Source: Chitinivibrionales bacterium | GTDB taxonomy: Bacteria; Fibrobacterota; Chitinivibrionia; Chitinivibrionales; WJKA01 | Direction of reading: 5' to 3' | DNA length: 64,000 nt | NCBI GenBank assembly: GCA_038247415.1 | Contig: JBBRUX010000017.1 | Location: forward strand, 8,910-72,909 | Shown: positions 1-9,975 of the stretch, piece after piece | How positions within the stretch are numbered: the first letter of the stretch is position 1 | Layout: every line of letters begins with the position of its first letter | Position numbers and translations under genes: made by a program | Notes under the pieces: model-generated | What the model saw: only the letters and a program-made list of their open reading frames with translations | Databases searched by the model: none | What the model was told of the DNA's origin: nothing

Positions 1-742
1 CTATCTCAATGTTCCATCCAAAGATTACCCTACAATCAATAGCGCGCTTGCGAAGGCACAAGTAGCCGATACCGTCATACTCGATGACGGAGTATATCAT
101 GAGCGGATACTCATCGATGCAGGACTTTGTGTGATGGCACGTAATCCACATAAAGCTATTATCGATGGTGGAGGTCGAGGGACTGTTGTTGCCATGAATG
201 ATGATTCTCGGCTCTTATCGGTTGTGGTAAAAAATGGCACTATTGGCGTTTTTACGCGCGCACGCAATGTTTTTATTTCGGATTGCTATATCCTCAATAA
301 TTACATGACCGGCATAATGTTCGTTCGTCAAATGCCAACAATAGTAGAAAATGTGATTGCTTTTAATGCCGGCAGTGGCATTCAAACCTGGGATGTAAAA
401 GGCTCGGGTGAGTCGTTGCATCATAATACTATTGCCTATAATCAAAATCATGGCATTTCTCTTGGCGGACAATCTACGTTTAAGATCGAATACAATATTA
501 TTGCGTTCAATAAAAATATGGCGATTAAAACATGGGGAAATTCAGGCAAGGTCGAGATTGTCAACAATAATTTTTACGATAATCTTATGCAAGATCTGCC
601 TGCTAACAATGCTTCCTACGACCCTGTCTTCAAATCCCCACGAATACACCTTAATTTCAGGGTAACAAGCAAGGATGCATGCAAAAATTGTGACAGCGAT
701 AAAGGGTATGGGGTTCAAAGCCTTCTGCCGGGCTCTTTTTGA
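1..742 (+). CDS. Right-handed parallel beta-helix (pectin-lyase-like/NosD-type) protein, 5'-truncated by window edge
   Basis: Frame is open from base 2 (YLNVPSKDYPTINSALAKAQVADTVILDDGVYHE...), a typical beta-helix N-cap; repeated N-N-x-I-x-x-N-x-x-x-G-I motifs. Confidence 0.75.
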   Translation, partial: YLNVPSKDYPTINSALAKAQVADTVILDDGVYHERILIDAGLCVMARNPHKAIIDGGGRGTVVAMNDDSRLLSVVVKNGTIGVFTRARNVFISDCYILNNYMTGIMFVRQMPTIVENVIAFNAGSGIQTWDVKGSGESLHHNTIAYNQNHGISLGGQSTFKIEYNIIAFNKNMAIKTWGNSGKVEIVNNNFYDNLMQDLPANNASYDPVFKSPRIHLNFRVTSKDACKNCDSDKGYGVQSLLPGSF

Positions 743-818
743 GTTTTGCAGGACTCAAAGAATTTATTGTTTGAAGAAATGCTTAGATCATAAATGTATT
801 TGTAAACGGGAGGGTAAG

Positions 819-3482
819 ATGATGACCTCACCACGAAATAACACCAGTGCTTTTTTTGTGTGGCTTTGTATGGCAATCATGGTTTTTGGATGTGCCTCTA
901 CAGCAGTATCGCAAACTAGTCGTTGCGAATTTGGCTTTACTGGATGCTTAAGCGACTTTAATGGTAAAACACTTGTGGTGTCGGATGATATTGTAGCGCT
1001 TACTGCGAAGGTGAAGTCGTGTACGCCAACTAAGACAACGGGGGATACGAGTTCGCCACCTGCAGTGATGTTTGTTATCGACCATTCCGGAAGCATGAGT
1101 TGGGCAGCCAACCCTAATGATCGCAATGGTGCTCGATTTATTGTTGCAAGTGGATTGGTTGATTCAATTTATAAGGTTTCGCCTGCTGCTGAAGTCGGTC
1201 TTGTTGTATTTAGAGAAATGCTCTATTTTGATACGTCAAAAACAAACCCAGATTTTTTTTACAGGAAGTTTTTTATTCCGCTCAATAATGCGCCTTCGCC
1301 GATAAGTCAATCGTACCTAATGCTCCTTAAATTGGACAGTACTTATGCGACATCATTGGGCAATAAGTTAGGACTAGATATTGTCAAGGAGGTGCTTAAA
1401 ACCAAAATTACTAATTCAAATGGAGCATCGTATACGGATTTGATTTACAAACCAAGCTTTACTACTGCTGGCGGTACCAATATAACGGTTGCTTTTGACG
1501 CAGCCAAACAAGGTTTTAAACAAACAACAATCAAAAAAGAAAGACAATTTATTGTATTTATATCAGATGGTGAAGCGAAAGCCCCGTCTGATAATAATGA
1601 GCGCCTAAGATTTCTCAAAGGGGATACTACCCCAACAACGTACACAGTCTTTTTCTCGCCCGATTCAACTCCGTCTGACACCTTAAAGATTATGACTCAA
1701 AATATTCGTACTAATGGCTACAGCACTACAAATGATTCAAGCAAGATATTTGCTCTTAAAGTTACCGATACCAAATCTCTTATGATTCTCATGATGAATT
1801 CAATCATGAAAACGGTACTTTCTGTATCCTATGGCAAAGCAAACCAGATGCAAATCAATACCATAATTTCGTCAACAACTCAGGATAGTTTCTTTCTATT
1901 TCAGAACCGGTATCCGCTCAATGCAGATACAACACGGCTCAAGTTTCTGGTTAATTACTCCTATTTCGACTCAACCCGCATGAAACAGATAGACACCTTT
2001 GCAACAACAAATATTCTTGTGAAGCGTCAACCAGGCGCAGCGCTTGATCCCGGCATTTCTAAAAGCTGTTGGGGTCTTCCTACCCTCGACATTTATTATC
2101 GGGATCAGCCCATTGTAGGGCCAATATACGAAACAATGGACACTCTCGAATACCGGTTCTCTTCGGGTTTATCAACTCTGAATGCTGCTTCGCTAATAGT
2201 AACTACTCAGGTAAGTCAGGATACCGAAAATGTTGGCCTCGTTAAAAATGGATCGTATTGGTCAATCGTCATGCCTCGTTCAATAAATTCATTTTCTACC
2301 AAGGGCGATAAAAAGATTCAGAATGCGATGACCGATAGCATTGTTTGCGTTTATCGGAATCCTCTCTTGCCGCTTGATACAATACGTATTGCAAAACCAT
2401 TTCGAATCTCTAAAGCAATTCATATTCAAAATGCAACGATATTCGATAAAAATGCTGATGGTTATTTTGATAGTATCTTTGTGTCAATGTCTGGAATCTT
2501 TGATGCCGCGGATATCGACCGTGTGAAATCAGGAATTCAGCTTCCGGCTGGACTTGGACTCACTTTAAAAACGTTGACAATAAGTGGTAATGGTCTAGGG
2601 CTTTCGGTACGTGCTGCACAACGAAACACCAAGGTTTCAATCTCCGATAAGATTGCATTTTCTGGCTTTGGAGATCCGCTACCCCATGGGGGGCTTCTTA
2701 TTGATACAAGCGTAACGCTCATAGATAAAGCTGCGCCGGTAATACTGCGTGCACGCGTTCTTGACGATGGATCGGTAGGGGATACTTTGGTTATTGTGTT
2801 TACCGAAAAAACCAATGGCTCATTTACGGCCGAACCATTTAAATTTATGGATACCTCAAAGACTTTGTATTCCGTATTTATTTCGTCTGCGTCGGGAACC
2901 GATTCTTGCAGATTCGTTATACAGTCGATTTCTCAGGGCAAAATAAACATCCAAAGAGGGGATTCCATTTGGATTAATCCAGCGGGCGCTGTAACCGATA
3001 CGGCTGGTGTTATTCAAATAAATCCTGACAATCGAAAAGTTGTGCTGACTGTGGATCTCAAACCTTATTCGGTAAGAATACAGACAAGCAATAATCCCTT
3101 TAATGCAAATGCTATCGAAACACCAATCTTTGTCAAGGATGTTATTGATCGCATCAAGCAGGCCGATCCGTCCGTTATCGTACCTCGAAATGGTATTGCA
3201 CTGCGTGTGGCGCCAGATTCTGCCAAGGTAGATCCTGTAACACTGCGAAACATAACTCGGCTTGAGGGGTATGTGTCGATATTTGATGTAGTTCAAAACG
3301 TAATTCTTAAGAAAACTAAATGTACTTTTGTTGCAGATCGCAAAGAGCTCTTATATGTATGGGATGGTCGCAATACACAAGGGCGTCTTGTAGCAAACGG
3401 AACATATTATGCGGTACTTGAGGTGTCGGGAGATCAGGGATATAAAACCCGTCAGATCAAGGCATTGGGAATCAAACGATAA
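819..3482 (+). CDS. Secreted vWA-domain protein with C-terminal FlgD-Ig-like tail
   Basis: GGGAGG upstream of ATG 819; hydrophobic signal; MIDAS DHSGSM..GGTN..ISDGE; C-terminal WDGRNTQGRLVANGTYY. Confidence 0.75.
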   Translation: MMTSPRNNTSAFFVWLCMAIMVFGCASTAVSQTSRCEFGFTGCLSDFNGKTLVVSDDIVALTAKVKSCTPTKTTGDTSSPPAVMFVIDHSGSMSWAANPNDRNGARFIVASGLVDSIYKVSPAAEVGLVVFREMLYFDTSKTNPDFFYRKFFIPLNNAPSPISQSYLMLLKLDSTYATSLGNKLGLDIVKEVLKTKITNSNGASYTDLIYKPSFTTAGGTNITVAFDAAKQGFKQTTIKKERQFIVFISDGEAKAPSDNNERLRFLKGDTTPTTYTVFFSPDSTPSDTLKIMTQNIRTNGYSTTNDSSKIFALKVTDTKSLMILMMNSIMKTVLSVSYGKANQMQINTIISSTTQDSFFLFQNRYPLNADTTRLKFLVNYSYFDSTRMKQIDTFATTNILVKRQPGAALDPGISKSCWGLPTLDIYYRDQPIVGPIYETMDTLEYRFSSGLSTLNAASLIVTTQVSQDTENVGLVKNGSYWSIVMPRSINSFSTKGDKKIQNAMTDSIVCVYRNPLLPLDTIRIAKPFRISKAIHIQNATIFDKNADGYFDSIFVSMSGIFDAADIDRVKSGIQLPAGLGLTLKTLTISGNGLGLSVRAAQRNTKVSISDKIAFSGFGDPLPHGGLLIDTSVTLIDKAAPVILRARVLDDGSVGDTLVIVFTEKTNGSFTAEPFKFMDTSKTLYSVFISSASGTDSCRFVIQSISQGKINIQRGDSIWINPAGAVTDTAGVIQINPDNRKVVLTVDLKPYSVRIQTSNNPFNANAIETPIFVKDVIDRIKQADPSVIVPRNGIALRVAPDSAKVDPVTLRNITRLEGYVSIFDVVQNVILKKTKCTFVADRKELLYVWDGRNTQGRLVANGTYYAVLEVSGDQGYKTRQIKALGIKR

Positions 3483-3543
3483 GTGGATTGACACACTCAG
3501 AAAAGTGTAGGTACTTTGAAAACTGGATTGGGGTGTTAGATTA

Positions 3544-5877
3544 ATGAAGAGATATAGTAAATCAACAACGTGGGTCTCTAAGGCTATCCAAAAAGCATGC
3601 GTAATGCTAATGCTTGTGTACACTATCCTGTGTACTAATGGGTTTGCAGCGGGTACTCCGGGCGAGGTTCTACTCTCCGATCAGTGGCGAAGTTTGTACG
3701 CCTATTATTCGCCTCTTACCAATCCGGCATTCATGACCGAGCGCATGTATACGGAGGCTCGCTTTGTAGCATACTTACCGCATGAGGCCATGGGCACTGT
3801 ATTTGAAGCCGGGCTTATTGTTCCTCTTGGTCTTTATCAATCGGCTGGTGGTACGTGGGTTGGTCAACAAGATGCGAAAGTTGTCGATGATATTTTTCAA
3901 ACGAGTCATCAGTTTTCATCAAATAACTTCACATTGTCATATGCGATTAATCCGTGGGATCGTTTAAGTTTTGGTGCAAATATTAATATTTCCCAACAAA
4001 ATATATTCGATTCAACAGGAACCTACGGCTACGGTATCGATGGCGGACTAAGTTATCATTTACTTAACCCATTTTGGGGGAAGAATGTTTTTGGGATAAC
4101 CTACCTTAATTTACTTGGGCAACAACAGGCATTTGTAACCACTATTTCCAAATCTGACCCGCTCTACATTCCACAGGAATCTGGTTTTGCTTCTCAGCTC
4201 AAAATTTTTCATCATATCGAGGTTAAGGAAGGTGTTTTCGAAAACAATATTCAATTCTCTCTTACCGATTTTACTGCCCCTGCAGCAGTTTTTAAAAATG
4301 GGGCAAAATCCCCATGGGCTTTGGCTGAACATGTCATATTTCGATTCGCTCGAATTTTTTCGTTTCATGCAATTGCTGGATTAGAAAATGCTGCTTTTTC
4401 GTATGCTGGTGTTGGTCTCGGATTTAATTTTCCAACGCTTTCTGATGGACGCGACCTTGAAGCCATGTATCAATTTCGCAATGCTGCCAATACAGAGCTT
4501 GCTCAATCCAGCTCTATTTATGCGCGCGCTCAAATGGGACCACATCGAGAAGAAGTGTATGCGCACCGCATGGCTTCGCAAATGGATGCAACGCCGGCCG
4601 ACCTTTACAACAAGGCATTGACTTTGTATAGCGCACAAAAATATTGGGATGCCTTTTTTATATTTAATCGTATTATTCGTCAATTTCCAGATTTCTTTAA
4701 AAACGATTGGGTGAGCTACTATTCTCATAGCTGTCAAGAAAAACTCGACATGAGGAAAATTGCTTCGGCGGGCTATGCAGAAGTAATCAATGGCTATCAA
4801 AGCAGTACGGTTATGCCCTATGCAGCACTAGGTGCGCTACGAATTGCGTATCGGGAAGGTGATAACGAAGCAATAGACAATCAGTTTAAGACGCTCTTCC
4901 AGATTACCGTTCCGGATAGTTTGCGATTTCATGCTGCCTACATCATGGGTCAAACCTATATGAATCAGCAGTATTATTCTCGCGCAGTTCAAATGTTCAT
5001 GCTTATTCCTCCACAACATCCAGTGTTCCTTTTTGCGCAGCATTCGATGGCCGTTGCAGCAATGAACAATGGAAATAAAGAGGAGGCACGGCGATCCTTG
5101 GAAAACTGCGCTGGACATCTTAATGAGCCCGGTCAAACGATCGATCAAAAAGAGATAATTAACCGGTCACTGGTATTGCTTGGATATCTTTTTTACGAAA
5201 ATGGATTCATGAGCAAGGCTGTTACGGCACTACGGCTTGTTCCTATTACGAGCTATTACTATGAAGATGCATTGCTTGGGCTCGGTTGGGCTGCGCTTAA
5301 ATCTGCTCAGTGGACCGATTGCGTTGCTGCCGCAAAATCTTTGCAGCGGGTATCTCAGCGTCCACTGGTGATTGCTGATGGCATTTTGCTTGAGGCATAC
5401 TCGGCCTCGGTCAATAACGACTGGGTTAATTCTGTTGCCCTGCTGCGTAATGGCCAAAAGCTTCTTGAAACTGCAAATATGCCCAGTGATGATTCACTTG
5501 CTGCAAAGAGAAGAACCTACGTTGATGACCGGTTTACCTATGATAAGTTTAGCAGGGATGTATTAGACGTGTCTCGCGCTTCGGTGACAAGCACTAGTCC
5601 GGCTCTAATCGATAGCTTGCATCAGGCTCAAATTGAAATGAAAAAAACACTTTCTAAATTTACAACCTACGCCGATGAATTTGAACGTACACGTCTTTTT
5701 AATCGCACTCTTGCCGATGTAAAGCAAGATATTAACTATGCCCTCATAATTGCCGAAAGAAAAACGTCAACAACAAAGAGCGATAAAGAAGGTGATGCCA
5801 CAGCTAAAGAGCAGCAGAATGTAGATAAAGAGATCGAAAAAGTGCAGAAGCAGATGCAAGATCTTAAGAGTAAATAA
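3544..5877 (+). CDS. Signal peptide + PorV/FadL-like beta-barrel N-half fused to TPR repeats
   Basis: NPAF motif and alternating aromatic/Gly beta-strands (FTLSYAIN, LSFGANINI, YGIDGGLSY); C-half TPR-like helices (LYNKALTLY..YWDA, ALLGLGWAAL). Confidence 0.55.
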   Translation: MKRYSKSTTWVSKAIQKACVMLMLVYTILCTNGFAAGTPGEVLLSDQWRSLYAYYSPLTNPAFMTERMYTEARFVAYLPHEAMGTVFEAGLIVPLGLYQSAGGTWVGQQDAKVVDDIFQTSHQFSSNNFTLSYAINPWDRLSFGANINISQQNIFDSTGTYGYGIDGGLSYHLLNPFWGKNVFGITYLNLLGQQQAFVTTISKSDPLYIPQESGFASQLKIFHHIEVKEGVFENNIQFSLTDFTAPAAVFKNGAKSPWALAEHVIFRFARIFSFHAIAGLENAAFSYAGVGLGFNFPTLSDGRDLEAMYQFRNAANTELAQSSSIYARAQMGPHREEVYAHRMASQMDATPADLYNKALTLYSAQKYWDAFFIFNRIIRQFPDFFKNDWVSYYSHSCQEKLDMRKIASAGYAEVINGYQSSTVMPYAALGALRIAYREGDNEAIDNQFKTLFQITVPDSLRFHAAYIMGQTYMNQQYYSRAVQMFMLIPPQHPVFLFAQHSMAVAAMNNGNKEEARRSLENCAGHLNEPGQTIDQKEIINRSLVLLGYLFYENGFMSKAVTALRLVPITSYYYEDALLGLGWAALKSAQWTDCVAAAKSLQRVSQRPLVIADGILLEAYSASVNNDWVNSVALLRNGQKLLETANMPSDDSLAAKRRTYVDDRFTYDKFSRDVLDVSRASVTSTSPALIDSLHQAQIEMKKTLSKFTTYADEFERTRLFNRTLADVKQDINYALIIAERKTSTTKSDKEGDATAKEQQNVDKEIEKVQKQMQDLKSK

Positions 5878-5949
5878 CGAGATAGGTCTCTGGGATCGAT
5901 TCTCGCTTTGAACGGCGTGCGGGATACTAATGCATGCAAGATTATTACG

Positions 5950-7070
5950 CTAGAGCTGGAATTTGTTCATTGAGCTATTGAGGCTTTCAGAAAGAGATCG
6001 AAGCGCGACAGCATTCTCAGATGTATAGGATGCATCTTTTCGGGTACTTTCTACAACTGTTTCGATATTGCTTATGGTTGTAAGGACTTGCATACTTTTC
6101 TGAGACATTTCCGTAAGTCCAGTTGCCAAGGCGCTTGCAGAGTCGCTGGCGCGTTGCACCGAAGAATTAATTTCGCCTATTGTAGCAGATTGTTCTTCAA
6201 TTGCCGATGAATTCGTTCGAGAAATAGATGCAAATTGGTCTATTGAATTGCGAATTGAATCTACCCCGCTCACAGCCATTTTAACCTGATTTTGCATTGC
6301 ACTAATCTTCTGCTGAATTTGTTTTGCTGCGTCGGTGCTTTGGGTTGCCAATGCTTTAACCTCTGCTGCAACAACAGCAAATCCTCTTCCCGCCTCTCCA
6401 GCCGATGTCGCTTCGATAGTTGCATTGAGTGATAGAAGTCGTGTTTTGCTTGCTATTTCATTCATGAGCTTTAAAATCGACCCAATTTCATGAGATGCTA
6501 TCTCAAGTTTTGCCATATTGTCGGTAACCGCTGCAACGCTATTTGCACTTTCTTGGGCCATGTGTGCTTCGGTAACGCAGTTTTGTGCGATTTCGGAGAT
6601 GCTTTTTTTCATTTCGTCGAGTGCATTTGAAAAGGAGGTGGTCATCTGTGAGACCTGCTGCGCTTCTGAGGTTAATGTCAGCGCAAGTTCGTGCGCATCG
6701 TTGCCCGCCGAAGAAATAATGCCGGTTCCTGACGAAAGGGTATGCGCATCGGTAGTTAGCTGGGCCGAGATGCTTTGCATTGAGTCTGCTGATTTGTCTT
6801 AAGATCTGCTCCGGCTTTTTCGGGTGATAATCCAGCAAATGCGAGTGAAACTGCCTTAAATAAGGAGGCTTGCGTTTGTCCGAGCGTAAAGGTAACTTCT
6901 GCCAGATCGCGTGATTCAAGAAGTGCTTGCTGATACTCTTTTTGAAGAGTCTGCTGCCCTATAACACGGACGATCATTACACAACCACTTGCGATAAGCA
7001 CTGTGGTAATGATAATAGACGGCATTACAAGTTTGATCAGAAGCTTTTGTTTTAAATACCATTTATACAT
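5950..7070 (-). pseudogene. Methyl-accepting chemotaxis protein, split by frameshift/internal deletion
   Basis: 7070-6756 has TM1 and the start of a sensor domain; 6780-5950 has the signalling hairpin (IASKTRLLSLNATIEATSAGEAGRGFAVVAAEVKALA) in another frame; no TM2/HAMP. Confidence 0.75.
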
Positions 7071-7072
7071 AC

Positions 7073-7540
7073 TTATTTTTTTTCGCTATAAATACCGCAT
7101 GCGACAAACATATCCTTGCCCGGAACCCTCGTAAAGAATGAAGTTTTTGGCTCAATTTTTTTAGATTCTGGATTTTGGAAGAGATAATCTACTGAACCAG
7201 TTCCTTTTGTTTTAGCGAGATTTACCATTTCTTCGATATATTTTTTCCCATTTACATCTGCTACATCGATGCGATTTTTCCCAACGAGCTTTGGCTTTTG
7301 CCCGTGTGCCAAACATACACCACTAAAATCGTAGACGAATACATAGAGCTCGCCCTTAACAAATTCGCCGGTGGTATCCATGAAAGCAGGAAAAGCTTTT
7401 TCAACACCGTTTGTTTTTATATAGGTTATTGCTTTCGAAATCATCGCGGTTGCATCATCTTTAGTTGGGGCTGTTGCAAAAATCAGTGCGCTCGAAGCTA
7501 AAATGATGCTACCAACTGCTGCCTGCTTTAAAAAAGACAT
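7073..7540 (-). CDS. Stand-alone periplasmic single Cache (sCache_2-type) domain protein
   Basis: Signal peptide; GELYVFVYD..G..LAHG..PKLVGKN..DVNGK..I.EM...AK..G.G.VDY pattern. Confidence 0.85.
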   Translation of the reverse strand: MSFLKQAAVGSIILASSALIFATAPTKDDATAMISKAITYIKTNGVEKAFPAFMDTTGEFVKGELYVFVYDFSGVCLAHGQKPKLVGKNRIDVADVNGKKYIEEMVNLAKTKGTGSVDYLFQNPESKKIEPKTSFFTRVPGKDMFVACGIYSEKK

Positions 7541-7803
7541 AGAAAACCTCCCGGAATAAAGAAAAAGTAAAGAATTCAAAGCCTAAATTATTTTTTACCT
7601 ATGTATATGAAGCTTCCAGATAAAGAACAAAAAGTTATTATACCATAAGAAACTATCGTACTGCAACAAATATGGTTTGGAGCAATCGCCCCAAAAAGAG
7701 CTCGTAACCTATCTCGGTTGCCCAATATTGAAGAAAGCAAAGGCAAAACGTATATTTTCTATCCCTTATTTTTACTAATATATCAGAGAAAGAGCTCTCT
7801 ACT

Positions 7804-8100
7804 ATGACTCCAGAGATGCTGAGTTACATTGATCGACGCAAGGCGATTGTACAAAAATTCAAAGAAGAGCTCATTAAAAGGCTTAATTTGCCGTATACTC
7901 CGGCAGATCTCCACGAAGATGTATCGCTTCTGGGGGCGGGGCTTGGGCTCGATTCCCTAGACGCTCTCGAAATTGTATTATGTGTTGAAAGTTGTTTCGG
8001 GGTAAAAATCCCCGACCAAAATATCTCTATTTTGCGTTCCATCAACACTATTGTCGATTTTGTGATAGAAACGCAAGATGCCAAAGGAGGTACCCAATGA
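7804..8100 (+). CDS. Acyl carrier protein
   Basis: 98 aa, GLGLDSLDALE phosphopantetheine motif, SINTIVDFV helix. Confidence 0.9.
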   Translation: MTPEMLSYIDRRKAIVQKFKEELIKRLNLPYTPADLHEDVSLLGAGLGLDSLDALEIVLCVESCFGVKIPDQNISILRSINTIVDFVIETQDAKGGTQ

Positions 8101-9206
8101 GAGTCTCGCTCTTACACGAAATGTTGGCACACAAAGGGGCAACATGTGAGAACCGGTATGGGGTCGAAATCGTTTCGAAGTTTACCGAGTTGTCAACCGA
8201 ATATCATTTTGTTCGCGATACCATAGGGCTTACCGATTTTTCTCATATGCAGCGGTATTCTATACCCGAGGCAACTGCTGTAGATTTTTTTGATACGCTC
8301 GTGGCTGGAGCAGTGATTCGTACCCGATTTGGAAGAATGCTCCATACTTTTATAGCCGATGAGTCCGGTACTATACTTGCAGATTGTTTTGTGGCAAATA
8401 ATGATGATGAATATATTCTTTTATGCGAAAGTATTGTCGATGATGTCGCAATGGCAGAGATTATGCATAAGCATGGGGGAGCACAGGAGGGGTTAGTCGA
8501 TCTTTCTGCTGATACGGTATTGCTGAGTCTTGATGGCTTTTCTGCCTGGAAAGTTGTCAAGGAATTATTTGGTACCGATGTTCTTGGATTGCCCTACCTT
8601 TCGGTTGAAAATTATACTTACGAGAACGAAAAAATCCGTTTGTTTCGCACGGGGAAGACATCTGAATTTGGCTATCTTCTTATGGCCCCAAAAGCTATTG
8701 CAATAAAACTAACCGAGCATATTCTTGCCGAAGTCGAAAAGCATAAAGGCGGATTGTGTGGCTTGACTGTGCACGATACGCTTCGCCTCGAAGGACGTTT
8801 TTTTAATATCTTTGCAGAGGGCGTACGAGTGGGCGATCCACTTGTTTTGGGGTTGCAATGGATGATCGATTTTGACAAGAGTGCCTTTATTGGACGTCAA
8901 GCTATCATCGATCGAAGAGAAAAAGGCTTGACAAAAAAAATTATTGGCATTAAATCTGCTGCAGCCTCCGATCGCTGTGCGGTATCAGATTCAGTATGGG
9001 ATAATGAAAAAGAAGTTGCATCCGTTGTGGCAACCTGTTTTTCCGAAGTTCTTGATAGATGCGTAGGACTTGCGGTGTTTCCGGCCGACATTGCCTATTC
9101 CGGATTATCGTTTCACTTAAAAAGCGTTTCGGGTCCTACACTACACACCATTTCAATGCCTCCAATTATGCCAAAAAGTTTATCTCTTAAATTGGATGAA
9201 ATGTAA
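8097..9206 (+). CDS. GcvT-like aminomethyltransferase (folate-binding) family protein
   Basis: ATGA overlap with ACP stop, GGAGG RBS; DFSHM, RTGKTSEFGY, DTLRLEG, FIGRQA motifs. Confidence 0.85.
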   Translation: MRVSLLHEMLAHKGATCENRYGVEIVSKFTELSTEYHFVRDTIGLTDFSHMQRYSIPEATAVDFFDTLVAGAVIRTRFGRMLHTFIADESGTILADCFVANNDDEYILLCESIVDDVAMAEIMHKHGGAQEGLVDLSADTVLLSLDGFSAWKVVKELFGTDVLGLPYLSVENYTYENEKIRLFRTGKTSEFGYLLMAPKAIAIKLTEHILAEVEKHKGGLCGLTVHDTLRLEGRFFNIFAEGVRVGDPLVLGLQWMIDFDKSAFIGRQAIIDRREKGLTKKIIGIKSAAASDRCAVSDSVWDNEKEVASVVATCFSEVLDRCVGLAVFPADIAYSGLSFHLKSVSGPTLHTISMPPIMPKSLSLKLDEM

Positions 9207-9207
9207 C

Positions 9208-9975
9208 ATGACTGTTGCTGTTCAGGATGTTGATTCCCGCGCACTCTCGGGCAAAATTGCACTTATTACAGGCGGATCTCGCGGGATTGGGGCAGCAATT
9301 GTAGAGCGTTTTTGTGCGCTTGGTGCAATAGTTTACTTTACGTATCGTCGTGATGCCGATGCTGCCACGGCATTGGCGAATAAGACTGGCGCACACGCAT
9401 GTTGCTGCTCGCAAAATGACGACCCTGCTATCGAAGCGCTTATTGCCACACTCCTTGATGCGCATCAAAAAATTGATATTCTTGTCAATAATGCGGGTAT
9501 TACAGACGACCAATTTCTCATGCTCATGCCGCCATCTTCGTGGGACACGGTACTAGATACTAATTTAAATGGTGCCTTTCGTTTTTGTAAACATACAAGT
9601 CGGCCTATGATTCAAAATAAGAGTGGCTGCATTATTAATATGTCGTCGGTTTCGGCCCTGGTTGGCATTGGAGGGCAAACTAATTACGCAGCATCTAAAG
9701 GTGCGCTTTTGGCGTTCACTCGTTCATTGGCTGCAGAACTTGGTCCACGCGGTATTAGAGTCAATGCAATTGTTCCAGGATTTATCGAAACCGAAATGAC
9801 CGCAAAAATGTCCCGTCAAATTAAGCAGCAGAATAAAGAACGAATAGTGCTTAAACGATTTGGGACTGCCTACGAAGTTGCTGATGTTGCTGTTTTTTTG
9901 GTTTCGGATGCTGCAACTTATATTGTCGGTCAATCCATTGTGGTTGATGGCGGACTTTCCTCGACCGTGATATGA
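9208..9975 (+). CDS. fabG: 3-oxoacyl-ACP reductase (SDR)
   Basis: TGGSRGIG, NNAGITDD, YAASK, PGFIETEMT motifs. Confidence 0.85.
   Translation: MTVAVQDVDSRALSGKIALITGGSRGIGAAIVERFCALGAIVYFTYRRDADAATALANKTGAHACCCSQNDDPAIEALIATLLDAHQKIDILVNNAGITDDQFLMLMPPSSWDTVLDTNLNGAFRFCKHTSRPMIQNKSGCIINMSSVSALVGIGGQTNYAASKGALLAFTRSLAAELGPRGIRVNAIVPGFIETEMTAKMSRQIKQQNKERIVLKRFGTAYEVADVAVFLVSDAATYIVGQSIVVDGGLSSTVI

Noticed and set aside
675..818. ORF-track N-terminal extensions (also at 7992, 19460, 32091, 40931)
   Set aside because: They overlap upstream genes or lack an RBS; downstream starts fit family N-termini better
6770..6830. Programmed ribosomal frameshift in the MCP
   Set aside because: No clear slippery heptamer at the junction, and the joined product would still lack TM2/HAMP
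7653..7679. Possible sigma-28 promoter for the Cache/MCP operon (CAAA-N15-TACGATAG)
   Set aside because: Too many mismatches to the two good promoters in this window
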